In this document: positions 38,370-51,779 of the stretch, in pieces
How positions within the stretch are numbered: the stretch's first letter is position 1
Layout: the number at the start of each line of letters is the position of its first letter
DNA from: Octopus sinensis
Lineage: Eukaryota
Reading direction: 5' to 3'
DNA length: 64,000 bases
Assembly (NCBI RefSeq): GCF_006345805.1
Contig: NC_042997.1
Coordinates: 176,762,001 to 176,826,000, forward strand
Position numbers and translations under genes: made by a program
Notes under the pieces: generated by a model
Databases searched by the model: none
What the model saw: only the letters and a program-made list of their open reading frames with translations
Told to the model about the DNA's origin: nothing

Positions 38370-39515
38370 CACAAAGAAAGGATTAGTCGATACCATCGAC
38401 TCTAGTACTTGACTGGTACTTTAATTTATCGAATCCGGAGGGAAGAAAGTCAAAGTTGACTCCTGTTATAAGTGAACACAGAATGTAAACAGTCGGCAGA
38501 AATACCACAAGGCAGTTAATGATTTTGCCTGCACGCCACCTTATGCAAAGTTATAATAATCTTTTGTTTAACAGATACAAGGCGTGGTATTTTGAGGTAG
38601 GGGGATAGATTGCATTGACCCCAGTGCTCAACTAATGCTTATTTTTATAGAATTCGAAAGAATGAAAGGTAAAGTCGACTTCAGCGGCATTTGAACTCAG
38701 AACGTAAAACAGGAAGAAATGCCGCCTAGCATTTCGTCCGTCGTGCTAACGAATCTGCCAACTGGCAGCCTTATGCAGAGTTATAATAATCATTTCTTCT
38801 ATAGACACAAGGCCTGGAATTTGTGGGGAGGGGTTTAGTCGATCATATAGATTCCAGTACTTGACTGGTATTTAATTTATCGATCCTGAAAGGATGAAAG
38901 GCAAAGTCGACCCCGGTGGAATTTGAACTTAGAAGGTAAAGACTGACGAAATGTCGCTAAGCATTTTACCTGGCGTGCAAACGATTCTGCCAGCTCACCG
39001 CCAAAATACAATGAGATAATAACGTGTACACTATCTTTATGACGTGTTCATATCAAATTCATTTTGATGTGTTGTGATAAGATTCTCGCACACAGCCGCA
39101 TTGTCAGCATACATACACTGCATATTCGTTGAGGGCTTTGATTCAACACTTTAGAATAATGCACGCACACAAAGACAAACTATTCAAATTGTCCAATGTT
39201 TTCATTCTTAGAAGCAATGAGGTTTTCCTGTTTATACTATCCATTCGCAACTAATAAACTCACTGAAGGAGATTTTGCCGGTTGTTAATGACACGATAGA
39301 AATAAGGCTGCGAGGAAGCAGAATCGTTAACACTCCGGGCAAAATGCTTGCCAGAATTTAGTCCGTCTTTGTTCTGAATTGAAATTCCGCCGAGGTCGAC
39401 TTTGCCTTTCATCCTTTCGAGGTCGATAAAATAAGTACCAGTGAAACACTGGCGTCGATGTAATCGACTAAACCCTCCCTGAAATTGCTGACCTTTTGCC
39501 AAAATTTGAAACCAC
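38370..39515. mobile_element. Degenerate family A SINE cluster (minus units to ~39005, plus copy 39300-39515)
   Basis: Repeated family A cores. Confidence 0.75.
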
Positions 39516-42069
39516 AGAATGTACAGCGCAGGATACGAACATTGACCTTTGCGCTGATAAACTGGTCGTGTATCGACTTGCTCAACCGAGACCAGCGTTT
39601 GTCTAATTATTAAATCATAATTGGAAGCTAGAACTTTACATTGTAGATTATAATTTTGCAAATTCTTCAATTAATGATAGATAAGGTAATTTTAATTTGT
39701 TCTTAATAACAGACTACCAGACATTATTTAGTGCAATAGAATCCGTTCTGTTGCACCATTTTAGTATCCCAACGTTAATGATAACTCATTAATATGGACT
39801 ATTAGTAAAAGTCATTGAAATAATTAGAAGGTACGAAATAACGACTTCAGCAATATAAAAGTGTTACTGAGAGATAACATTAACTACCAAGCTAATGTGA
39901 TTTCTCGTCTCTTGATTTATATTATCAATAAAAGAGTTGGAATGGTACTGTGTGGGAACAGGAACACTGAGTATCTATAATTTGGGTTTCATTACAATGA
40001 GATATTGCTACGAAGGCAATGTAAAAGAAAAGCTTCATAATATTTGAATTTCTTCTTCGTATAGCGCAAGGCTTGCACGAGGTTCTATTTCATAGATTCT
40101 GATAGGATGAAGGCAAAGCAAGCCACCTTGGCGAGATTTGAATTCAGTCGGGTCTCTCTATTATTTTTTCTTTAAATTAGATTAAAAAGCCTGATATTTT
40201 ACGAAGAGAGATTAGAAATTATTATTGTTCATATCTTTCCCAAGAGTATTAGTGGTTTATATGAAGTGAAATAGTTAAACATTTTCAACAGAGGGATCAA
40301 AACTATATTGCAGTCTCGGCATGCTGGACGTTTGCGATGTCTGCCTTTGAATGAATCTAAATTTTGATTTATAATAAAGGTGCACGACTTTATATTTTGG
40401 GGGTCGGTATATAGTTGATTATATCGACCTCTAATACTTGACATGTACTTCTATTTTATAGATCCCCGAAGGACGAAAGGAAAAGCTGGCTTCGGTGTTA
40501 TTTATACTCCGAACGCAAAGGGCCTTCATTAAATACTGTTATGTTGTATTTTATCTAACAGTATTCTAACAATCCACCAAATATTGTTAAGGCTGCGAGG
40601 AAGCAGAATCGTTAACACGCCGGGCAAAATGCTTGCCGGAATTTAGTTCGTCTTTGTTCTGAATTGTTAAGTATGTAGTTTGTAAAATGAATCAATATTA
40701 TCGATTTATGATAGTAGCACATTGCCACTAAATTGGCGACAGGGTAGGGTTGAATAGGTGAATCTTAAGTCCTTGATTACCACCTTATTTCATCGACCCG
40801 ACAAGCATGAAAGAAAAAGTTATCCACGACAGAATTTGAATTCAAAGTCTCATGCCACATAAACAGTTCATAAAATCCGAGAAACTGGAAGGTAACTGAT
40901 ATAATGTCATATATTAATTTTCCCTTTTCGAGTACTAAGTTAAAATCCTACCTGTGTTTCAATTTCGATAACACTATTTTACCAAACTTGGTGAGATTGA
41001 TATTAAAATCAAACCAAGTGAAAATTTTATACCTGTGATATATTTGTTGATTTAAGTTGATTTAACCAAAATTAGAATCTCCATTACACGAATTGACATT
41101 TTTGCTGAGATTGAGTGACGTTTATAACTTTCTAGAGGGAATTAGCAGAGCAAGCAAAATAAATTAGTTTCAGTCAGAATCGAAACCGAGTCACAAAATC
41201 GGCTTGTCATTTAATCTGAGAATATTCAATTTCAAAGCGTTGTAATATAAGACAACTCCTCGCTTAAACTTACTCTTCTCCACTGAAACTGCTTCTCATA
41301 ACTTACTCTATTAATACCCTTGGGATGGACATGAATGTAAAAATATTCCATTCCGTTCGCCAAAAATTCACAGTTTATTGTCAATAGAAACTAATAACCA
41401 AAGTTTCATGATAGTAGACTACGCTGATTGCTTCCAATATGCCTTTCCGAAGCATCGAATATTACCAAAAAAAAAAAAAAAAGGAAATAATTTAAACTAC
41501 GAAAAAATTGGACAAGAGAAAAAAAGTGATAATCATGTATCATTTTTTTGTTCTTCACTTATATCTTGCTAAACGGTTTGCTTTGTGTAAAATCCTGCAC
41601 TGTAGCACAAATCGGCGAGACAGACTGTTAACAAAAGTTTCGTGACGTTCCTATATTAGCATCGTGTGTCGAAATAATTTCTTTTCTGTAGCCAGGTTGT
41701 TATTTATTATTCCGTGCATTAATTTGCATTTAGTGATTGATATTAATAGACTTTGATAGTAACAGTTGAAAATTTAACTGGATTTCCAATTAAATAGCAC
41801 GCAATTATATAAACAGTCTAGGTGCATGTTGTCCATATTTAGAAGCAGCGGCAATCATGAATGCAATAAAAAAATCAATTGAATGAAAATGACTAATTTG
41901 TTTACTCATTTCTTTTTGATCAACACACAGCGTGGACAGGAAATGTCTGTGGAATTCATTTAGTAGGGTGGGTCTGAGGTACTGAGGCGGTGCTGGGGAC
42001 TAAAATCGAATTGAATATAATATTTCATCATTGACTTTTATGCACGACACCTGATTCTCAGATATATTT

Positions 42070-42720
42070 TCAGGAGCCTCCATGCGGTCTCTCAACCTAT
42101 AAGAAAAAGCAGCCAAATCTACTTCAGATTAATTCGTACCGGTTTCAGAAACAAAGGATTGGATGAATAATGGTTCCATTAATCATCCAATCCTGTGTCT
42201 GAATAAAGGTTGATATGGTCACGTCTTGAATGCCTTTGAACATAGTTCGGATCTTTTCTGTTTGAACGGCAGTTTTTTTCTAGCGGTGTCATATGAAATT
42301 GTCACCCATAATTATGACCCTAGTATCAATCTATTGCATTTCAATCTGTTTTAGGGTTAGGATTAGTTAGGGTTAGGGGTGGGGGAAAGGGTATCTTTTT
42401 TTCTTCACAAATGTAAATAAACCCAATCTGTTTCTTAAACGAGGGACATATTCATACGGCACTGAATGTTTTTTTTACCTCAATGGACGTCATTGACTGG
42501 TTGAAATTGCAGAAATTGAAGAAAAAACAACAACAAATATCTTACAAACTATAGAAATTTCTCAATAAAGCGAAGAGAAAAAGATGTTTTATAAACACAT
42601 TTTACCAGTATACGAAGTTTAAAATTTTTTAGTTACTTAGAAATTATGTTAAAAACTGCCGTTCAAACCGAAAAGTTCCCATAGTTCCGTTCAGTTTAAA
42701 TGAGCTGGTGCTAAACATTC
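42070..42720 (+). mobile_element. Old dispersed repeat (GAGCCTCC..GAAATAGCAGCCAAATCT family) interrupted by a MITE
   Basis: Related fragments at ~5080-5660, 36395-36560, 38205-38345, 60855-60958 and 62958-63130. Confidence 0.55.
42249..42679 (+). mobile_element. MITE, 8-bp TSD CATAGTTC
   Basis: TSD at 42241-42248 and 42680-42687. Confidence 0.95.
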
Positions 42721-43436
42721 ATCTTGGTTAATAGATAATCTCATCTTTTATTGCTTTAAGCAATATATATGCATTAAGCACAATTAGTAGAAGCATTAGA
42801 CTATATCAGTATTTTACCAGTGGGTAAATTTAAACTAAGAAGTGCAAGACTATCTGCTTCATTAGTTGCACAGCAATTTAATTACTGGTAGACCGATTAG
42901 GTAATTAAGAGGAAAGCGTCTTTACACATAGCTCTGCAGACTGCAGTTTGATCTGCTACAACACATACCAATTTTACTGTGTCTTCTCTCGTTCTTGACG
43001 GATTCCTACCGATCTTTGTGTTTGTATAAAAGGATATTTCCATTTCTTTTTTTTCATTTTACTCATCTTTCCGTCTCTTCTCGTCTTGCTGTAGCTATTC
43101 TATGTCAATTATGCTATATAGCACAAAAGGGATTCTGCTTGACATATTACACTCAGGCTTTCGTTTCTAATGCCTTGATACCTTAAAAAATATATAGGAA
43201 TGTGATTTCACTTAATCTGTTTGATCCGGTCGAATATGATCTATTCTGCATACTGTTAAATGCTTGTTTTCTTTAATTCTCATTGATTTTAAAAGTATTT
43301 TGGTAATACTTGAATGATGAGTGAAACGCAGTACGGATGTACTGATACATGCATATATACAAACGTGTGTGGGTGTATGTATGTATGTATGTATGTATGT
43401 ATGTATGTATGTATGCATATATATATATATATATAC

Positions 43437-43985
43437 AAGCAAAATGCCCTCCGTCCAATGGACGGTGCTGAGTTGTCAAACATTTAAACAAAACTTTCTC
43501 AAAACAACTTGTCCGACCGTCCCATAGGCCTCCCCTTTGAGAAACACTGATTTAACCTAAATTTGAGACACCAGCAAAAGAAGAAATAAAAATAGACTTT
43601 TTGTCTATTCCAAAGAAAAACGGTTTTATTCACACAAATATGCAACCGAAGAGTTTAAAGTACCAGTAATGATAAGGCTGTTGACTGGGAGAACACAAAC
43701 ATGGTTTAAACAGTAAGCTTGGCAGGAAAGAAACGTGCTTTTAAGCAGTACAAAAACAACAAAAAATGGAAGGTGCAGTTATGTACAGGTTGATGGCAGG
43801 ACAAAAACGGCTTTATCGATCGCATTCTCACCTAGAATCAATTTTTGTAATTTTTTCAAGACTTATACACGCCCTGATACCGTCGGTATCTACATATCAA
43901 ATTTGAGTGCAATCGGACGGAGGATGCTCGAGATCCTAGAAGACACACACACAGACAGACAGAACGGGAACGGATTTTATATAAT
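43437..43985 (+). mobile_element. Possible Helitron/Helentron-type non-autonomous element
   Basis: CAAATTTGAGTGCAATCGG...ACACACACAGACAGACAG...TTTTATATA layout recalled from invertebrate HINE-like repeats; flanked by (TA)n. Confidence 0.4.
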
Positions 43986-44218
43986 ATATATATGTATATA
44001 TATATATATAATTTTAAACTCTGTTAAAATCCCCTTGTTTTATATATATTTATACCACTGATAAACAAACAATTGTTGACACTAGTTGGGTATGTATGTG
44101 AATAAATCTCTTTAAGAACAGCTACACGTTTTTCAAATTCAGATAAATTTTCAAACCCCAAAACAGATTCTTCTACATTTTTTCCTGCATGGGAATACAC
44201 TTCTTCTTTCTATATATA

Positions 44219-44349
44219 CAGGGTGTCCCAAAAAAATGTATACACACCTTAAATAATTGTAAATTTGTTATTCATTGTAAGCCTAGTACTTATTCTATCG
44301 TTCTCTTTTGCCGAACCACTATGTGTACACATTTTTTTGGGACACCCTG
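44219..44349. mobile_element. Tc1/mariner-type MITE (131 bp), TA TSD
   Basis: TIR CAGGGTGTCCCAAAAAAATGT(A/G)TACACA at both ends; TA at 44217-44218 and 44350-44351. Confidence 0.9.
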
Positions 44350-44551
44350 TATATATAATCACACTAAATTTAGACACGTATGAGTTGGAAGATAAATTGC
44401 GGAAAACAAAAATTATATTAAATTAAAACTAATCACTCCGCCCCCCCCATACACATAATTGAAATAGCAGAGAAATTTGAAAGTGTGTGAAAATCAAGTA
44501 GGCTAAAACGATTTGAAAGCAGAAGGAGAATTCTATTTTTTCACATAATAG

Positions 44552-44742
44552 AATACTGCCCCACTCAACTTCGAATCTATTGTAGCAGCCTCTAATAAAC
44601 AAAAGCTCTCTCTTTACTATCAAAGCTCATATAATTACGACTCTAGTCACATGAACGCTCAACACACACACAGCTCCAGCACAGATACCCTTACATTAGA
44701 CCACAACTACAACCCAACCCATCCTATTGATACTGCCCGGAA
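44552..44742 (+). mobile_element. Inverted partial copy of the PLE linker region
   Basis: Reverse complement of ~46050-46245 with scattered substitutions. Confidence 0.85.
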
Positions 44743-44984
44743 CGCCACCACAGAGGAGAAAAGGTAACAACCATGATACTTGACAGTCTTCCAAGGTTGT
44801 TGCAAGAAGGAAGGAAGTCATTCTTTGACCATAGATATGGCCTGAATGCTTGCAAAACAGTTCGCAGCGGGAACTTATGCAAGGGTCAGGTATTGGGTTA
44901 TTTTGATTCCGATTCTTTTTACACTCCTTCATTGCAGTACTTGTACCGGGACTGTAGTGCTTTCCATGTCGGTTGCACATAAAA

Positions 44985-45135
44985 GCACCCACTACACTCT
45001 CGGAGTGGTTGGCGTTAGGAAGGGCATCCAGCTGTAGAAACTCTGCCAGATCAGATTGGAATCTGGTTCGCCAGACCTCAGTCAAACCATCCAACCCGTG
45101 ATAGCATGGAAAGCGGACGTTAAATGATGATGATA
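44985..45135 (+). mobile_element. SINE/LINE 3' fragment ending in (TGA)n (RTE-like tail)
   Basis: GGTTGGCGTTAGGAAGGGCATCCAGCTGTAG...GGAAAGCGGACGTTAAATGATGATG. Confidence 0.6.
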
Positions 45136-45136
45136 A

Positions 45137-45205
<69 letters not shown>

Positions 45206-45298
45206 ATTTAGAGATAGAAGTCCCCATGCAATTCATCAAATCCTAATGTTTTATTTTAATACTATTTCAGTTCCAAATATCTCTTCTACACGTGTTTC

Positions 45299-45595
45299 AT
45301 GAGGTACGTTTAACGTTCCCGAGACCCTCAGTCTTTTTCAGAAACATGTCTTAACTGCAACCCCAATCATCAGGACTCTCCATAACTTATTTATAATTCT
45401 ATAACTATTCTTATATTCTTATATTTTATCAGTTACGAATGTAACTAACAAACATTCGTAACTGATAAAATATAAGAATATAAGAATAGTTATAGAATTA
45501 TAAATAAGTTACGGAGAGTCCTGATGATTGGGGTTGCAGTTAAGACATCTTTCTGAAAAAGACTGAGGGTCTCGGGAACGTTAAACGTACCTCAT
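45299..45595. repeat. Fold-back hairpin, 144-bp arms, 9-nt loop
   Basis: 45299-45442 vs 45452-45595, 2 mismatches. Confidence 0.95.
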
Positions 45596-47213
45596 AAATT
45601 CGCCGAACCTTGCCGTGCAAGCCATAATTTAATTAATTAAAATTTTAAAACTAAAATCAAACGTGACTTATGCCTAGGAACATACATACGAATTAAGAAT
45701 ATGTAGAAATGAAGAAAACTATAATATAATAATGAAAAGAATATATAATATAATGTATATGGCTGTAAAGTTGTCTAATAGTTTAAGGACAGTGCATTTG
45801 TAAATTACATTATATCTTCTGCAATGGGTTTGTAGCGAGCAGATGGTTCCAGGACGGCAGTTACAATTGGGTGAATTTTGGGGATTGTTTTCAGGAATGG
45901 AGGAGGTGATATTGTCAGAGGAGAGGTTAGAGAAGGGAGTACAAGTGTCTAAATTATTAGTATTATTAACGTTATCATTACCATCATTGTTATTATTTCT
46001 ATTGTTGTTATTAATTGTACTATTTGTAAGAGTGGTAGAGATTGTGGTGGGTTCCGGGCAGTATCAGTTGGATGGGTTGGGTTGTAGTTGTGATCTAATG
46101 TAAGGGTATCTGTGCTGGAGCTGTGTGTGTGTGTGTTGAGCGTTCGTATGACTAGAGTTGTAATTATATGAGTTTTGATAGTAAAGAGGGAGCTTTTGTT
46201 TATTAGAGGCTGCTATAATAGATTCGAAGTTGGGTGGGGCAGAATAGGATAGTTTCAAGGTGGATCTATTAAAGATAGAAACGATATTTATGTTGCCAAG
46301 GGAAGTTTTAGAGTCTAGTATTTTAAAGAAGGATTTAGCTAAGTTCTTAACGTTAAGTGAGAAGTGGGGTGTGTGCCACAGAATAGAGCTTCCGCCGCTT
46401 TTTTAGGGTGTCTGGGAATAGTGCTATCTATGTTTTTAGATAAATGAGTGCTATCTATATTTTTGGAGAATGGAGGTGGGTGGCAAGGTCTGTTGTTGTT
46501 AGCTGTTTTAGTTGTTTTAGTTTTTGACCTAGTGTTAAATGTATGTGTGTCGGGTCTAGGTTGCCTTGGTGTAAGATCTTCCAGGGTTCTATCAACGAGT
46601 GTGTGTGGTTGGTTGCGATTGTGATGGTTGGTGCTTCTTTGAGATGTGATCTGAGATATATATATTGTTTGAGCCTGGTGTTATAGATGTATTTTATTTG
46701 TTGGGAAAAGCCGCTAGCGGCAAGTGCTTGATTGTAATATGGTGCGTGATTATTAAAAATTTCCTCAGTGGAAGAGAGGTCGGATATGCGGGTTGAGATG
46801 CCCTTGATTATGTTATCGAAAGTGGATTTGTGGTGATTGGAGTGAATGTTAAAGTATTTAAGATATTGGTTAGGTTTGTGGTAAGGGGAGTATCGGGAGG
46901 TTGATAAGTTTAGAGCTAGGTCTAGAAAGTTAACAGTTTTGTGAGCGTTTTCGAATGTGATAGACAGGTTTAAGTTAGAGAAGAATTTATGCAGATGCTT
47001 TCTAGTTCTTTCCATGGAGGATTTATTTATGCTTTTGGTAACTAGCAAGGCGTCGTCCCTGTATAGGTCTCCCTTGATGTTAGGGAAATGTATATGGAGC
47101 TGGCGGAGTATATATAGTCCAACCAAGTCAGTGACCTGATCTGAATCAGATGATCCCATGGTTATGTCGAATAGGTTGCTATGGTTATTGTTATGGTGAT
47201 TGGCCCGGCACAA
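45299..47213 (-). mobile_element. 5'-truncated Penelope-like element: RT (46455-47213), linker, start of GIY-YIG, hairpin terminus
   Basis: FDITMGSSDSDQVTDLVGLYIL, YRDD, VNFLDL and HSNH motifs; then ILWHTPHFSLNVK, IFNRSTLKLSYS and CNCRPGTICSLQTHCRRYNVIYKCTV in shifted frames; frameshifted, so inactive. Confidence 0.9.
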
Positions 47214-47701
47214 AAATTAGATACGAGTGTGTATATACGGGAATGCATGTAACATACATGCGTTTTGTATGTGTATGTATGTGTTATGTGTAAATGTCTA
47301 TATACATGTTTAATATATGCATCTGTATACAGCTTCACATATACATATATTCTTCGACTACTAAGTACTGAGCTGTCCTCTAAGCAACCTAAACTATATT
47401 CCCAAATTCTTTATTCCACCATTTTACTACCTCTACCCCTCTCTCTGCTCTTCACTTAGCTCTATCGCTACATACCTCACACTCCTTTACTCTTTACCCT
47501 CTCATCTCTTTATACTCTCATATCTTTCTCTCTCACTCTCACCTCCCTTTTCCTTCTATTAATTTATCCTGAATGATCACAAGCCAGTAAACTCTCCCTC
47601 TCTTCATTTCTTTATTATCTCTCTCCCTGCTTTTCTTTTTCTCTCTCTTTTTTCCTCTCTTTATGTTTTTGATTTGACCTTACAAACACATTCCCAACTT
47701 G

Positions 47702-47733
<32 letters not shown>

Positions 47734-47739
47734 CATATG

Positions 47740-47792
<53 letters not shown>

Positions 47793-49381
47793 TGCATAAT
47801 ATGTATGTTTTCTATCTACCTGTCTATCATATTTTCGTTGCTAGAAATTAGTTCCTGTACCGAATTTCGATTTTCATCCCCAGGAAATCAAGATTTATAC
47901 ATGAATTTTATAATTACACATGAAATAATATATTATATATAGAAAGGTTTTTGTTCAAAACTGCGTTACTAGAAAACATGTTTACTGTTGAATTTTTTTT
48001 TCGCCATATCAATAATGTTTATTGCAGTTGTTATTTTTGACTAATAACAAATATTTAGAGACTTTTTCGCTGTTCCATTGGTTAATCTTAATTCATGTTT
48101 TGACTCTGTTAACACAAAAACGTATATAATTCTTTGTTGGTATCAATAGGTCAAACATCAATAAATCACAACATTTTTAGAGTGTTGGACTCCATCCAAT
48201 ATTCAATATGTGCAGTCGTGAGAATGTCAAGGATTGCTATCCAAAACTTTGCTGAGTTAATATTGATTTCGTTGGTTTAGAGAGAAGGTTACTTTTTTAA
48301 AAATAAGAGTAGGGTTTTTAGTCACTTCAATCGACTCTAGTATAAATATTATTTAAATGTCGATAAGCTGAAAAGTAACATTAACCCCAGATAAATTTGA
48401 TCTCGAAAGAAGATTGAGTGATGAAAATGAATATTATAAGTAATGTGCCTGACATACTACAGAAACGGCAATCCACTCTTCGATTTAATAGTTTTCAAAG
48501 AATATTGGCAAACATTTTCTTGAAGCAACCTTTTCTTTATGTATGTATGTATGTCTGTGTGTATGTATGTATGTATGTATGTATGTATGTATGTATGTAT
48601 GTATGTATGTATGTATGTATGTATTATGTATGTGTGTGTGTGTGCGTGTGTGTGTGTGTGTTCAAGTCTGTCTTTCGCTGCTCATTGGGTAACTTCGTGG
48701 CTGTTTCTCATTGGAAATTTGATTATAGATAACATGAAATAGGCAAATAACTTTCTTTGAAACTTCATACTAGAAATTATGGATATGAAAATAACGCTCG
48801 ACTTATACGCAATAGTTAGAGTTAAACTACTTATACTGAGAAAAAAGAAAAATGCGAGGAAATAATTATGTAATATAAAAAAACGATATTAGTGAAGTAG
48901 ATGTAAGTTGATGTTTCGCTGATAAGGTTATAACAATATCAAAGCATACCCAGAATTATCTCCCCTCCTTACTAAACCAAAATAATAGTAGTATTTGACT
49001 AACATTCTTTTTACTGCAAAGCATAATTTTTACGAGTTAAATATATTTTTTCATAGTGTTTGAACTGTTTATGTTAACATTAATCTACTAATACTAATGA
49101 TGTATTTGAATTGTTCGCCAAATTTATATTTGAAAATATTGTCGCTTGAGCGAAGTATAAACTGTTTTTTCATCTGAACTATTTTCTTTATTATTTTTTA
49201 AATTATATAATCCTTTTATAATAAAAGCATGACATATCTTACGGTTTTCTTTGTTTGTTTCTTATTTATAACTTTCGCTTTTATATCTTCCTTTTAAAAC
49301 CAATAGAATATGCAAATTTCCTTTGTTTTAAAAAACCATTTACTTTACTGTTCTCTCTGTTTCAATTCACTGTTTCGTTTA

Positions 49382-49458
<77 letters not shown>

Positions 49459-49465
<7 letters not shown>

Positions 49466-49533
49466 TTTAAACGTAAAAGCGGAATAAAGTAGAACATAAC
49501 GACCAAAACAAAATCTGTTTAATATCTTAATAT

Positions 49534-49571
<38 letters not shown>

Positions 49572-49634
49572 TAAACAGATTTTGTCTTGGTCTTTATGTT
49601 CTACTTTATTCCGCTTTTACGTTTAAAGTGATAT
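49459..49634. repeat. Inverted repeat, 63-bp arms around a (TA)n-containing spacer
   Basis: 49459-49521 vs 49572-49634, 2 mismatches. Confidence 0.95.
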
Positions 49635-50129
49635 CTTCAAAGAGAAGATACAGTAACTTGAGTTTTTCTTCTACATTCAATGATATTAGAATGTTCTCTC
49701 TGTGTAGATCTCCGACCGTTTTGGCGCATTTGATGTATGCAGAACTAGTAAAAAAATACCTGTTTGACTATCGCTGTACTTAGGTATTCCACTTTCTGTA
49801 TTATATTACATATTTTTATCACGAGCCAACAAAAACGAATGAGTATTCCGTTTTAAAAGGCATGAAATTTACAAAATCTCAATATCTTTGCTTAGATATT
49901 TATCGCCTTGTGCCTAAGCAGCTAAATCAATATTCAAAACACATACGTTAAATAGGTCAAAACAAAACAAAATGTAAAGTTTAGTATTTTCAAGTTACTA
50001 ATCAGTCATCATTAAGTAGACGACGGAGAATATTGAGAAGGCTCCTGGACTAAATTAGAATGTGGGCAGCTTCCATTGGAATGTTTATTTTTTATTCTAT
50101 TCAGCACAAAGGCTTCTAACTTTAATGGT

Positions 50130-50375
50130 TATTATAATACTATTAAGCTAATCAGTATTCGAAGATATTTCACAACTGGCAAGCAGTTTCGTTCATCTTC
50201 ATTTATGCAGTCATCAATAAACAATATATTTCTAAACGTTTCGTCATGTTTCTTCATTAAGTTTATACACTTGTCAACCATTCTTGATGTTAATTTCGAG
50301 ATGATGGATGGCAAGTGCTGCAGAGTAGGAGGTAAGTTTATAATGAAAGGAACTCGTAACGCGTGTTTAATCCCA
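50130..50375 (-). pseudogene. Possible decayed PLE linker fragment
   Basis: Minus-strand RVPFIINLPPTLQHLPSIISK resembles the PLE RVPxVxTYHP motif. Confidence 0.35.
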
Positions 50376-51779
50376 TGTTGCAGCTACAACACTGGTTCTC
50401 TTCGCTGATACATTCGCGAAAGGAATGAGTGGGTTAGTTTCCCTTCGTCCTCCATCTGGAGTTCCTAAAATTCATCGGCTATTCAAAGATAGTCTTGTCC
50501 CTGAAAAAGTCAACAAAGCCCGTTTGTAGCATCAGAGCGCAGTAAGAGAAAGTAAAACAGCTTCAGAATGGAAATCGACACTGAGTAAGCAACTTAATTC
50601 GAAACCTCGCAATTCGATACAGCCAAGTTGTTTCTTTTGAGAATATAAAGGAAGGACACTGAATACTTTGGCAGTCGCATTCTATTTAAGAGCATAGGCA
50701 GAAAAACTAAAGTGAAATGGATTCAATAACTGATTAGAGTCGAATTTTAGAATCGGATCGGCGGGGTCTTCTTTCTTCCCCCCCCTTCGCTTGTTTATAC
50801 TGATGAACACTGTAGGGTTGACAGTATACAATTGAGAGAAGATATCGAATTAAGTCGCTTACTCAGAGTCGATTTTCAGCTAGAGCTGTTTTACTTTCTT
50901 TACACTGCTAAAGGCATTTGGAAAACCTTAAAAATCACAATGTCCTAGAGTCCTTATAGAGTGGCGTAGGATAATGCAATATAGTATAATTACGCAAAAC
51001 AATTTGTTGTTATTCTAGGTCTTAGGTTCAAGCATTTGATTGTATTACGTTAAATCCCACCAAGCGAGATTGAGTGCTCTCATCACTTTGTTGCGCTATT
51101 TGATCTGTCATTTTACGTTGAGTCCATATATCGCCAAAGTCACCTTTATCTTTCACCCTTTCAGGGTTCATAAAATAAAGTACCAGTCAAATACTGTAAT
51201 TAATGGCATTGACTAACACCCACCCCTTAAAATTTCTGGCTTTGTACCTAAATTAGAAACTACAGAGAAGTGGATTGGTAAAAACGTTTACGATTTGGAC
51301 AAAAGTTCTGGGTTCAAATTCCGAGGAGCCTAACTTTTCCTTTCCTCTCTTTAGGGTCGACAAAATAAAGTGCAAATTGAATATTAGAGTGGGGGTGTTA
51401 ATGAAATCGACATATCCATCCTTACTCACTATCGGACCTTGTACCTATATTAGAAACTACAATTCATTACAACAGAGATGAAGAAGGCTGCAGTGTAAGG
51501 ACTGAACATCTTTTGAAATGAAACCACTACTCAAACATCGACTCTCAGCTGATGCAATACCACTTCTTTTATACCGTTAAAACTTTTGGGAAAATACGCA
51601 GACGTCTACAAAAAATTATTTCCAAAAAGTGTGTTGGTATAAAGAAGAAGAGGAACAAAGAAAAAACAACATTTTTGAACTAAATGGTATTCTGTATTTA
51701 CTTCTGAGTTTGAAATTCTGTCAAGCTCGAGACTAACAAGTTCATCTCCTCTGAGCAGATAAATTACATATATATATAA

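Noticed and set aside
45770-47213. Selenocysteine-type recoding as reported for some Naiad PLEs
   Set aside because: The Cys positions checked (CNCR region) use TGT/TGC; I saw no in-frame TGA at a conserved Cys and did not identify a SECIS.
47900-48260. Faint GIY-YIG-like residues on the minus strand
   Set aside because: Too degenerate to support by eye.
50105-50331. Apparent exon (TTCAG...AG|GTAAGT) inside a 110-aa ORF
   Set aside because: The peptide has no recognisable features and the opposite strand better resembles a PLE remnant; RNA-seq would be needed.
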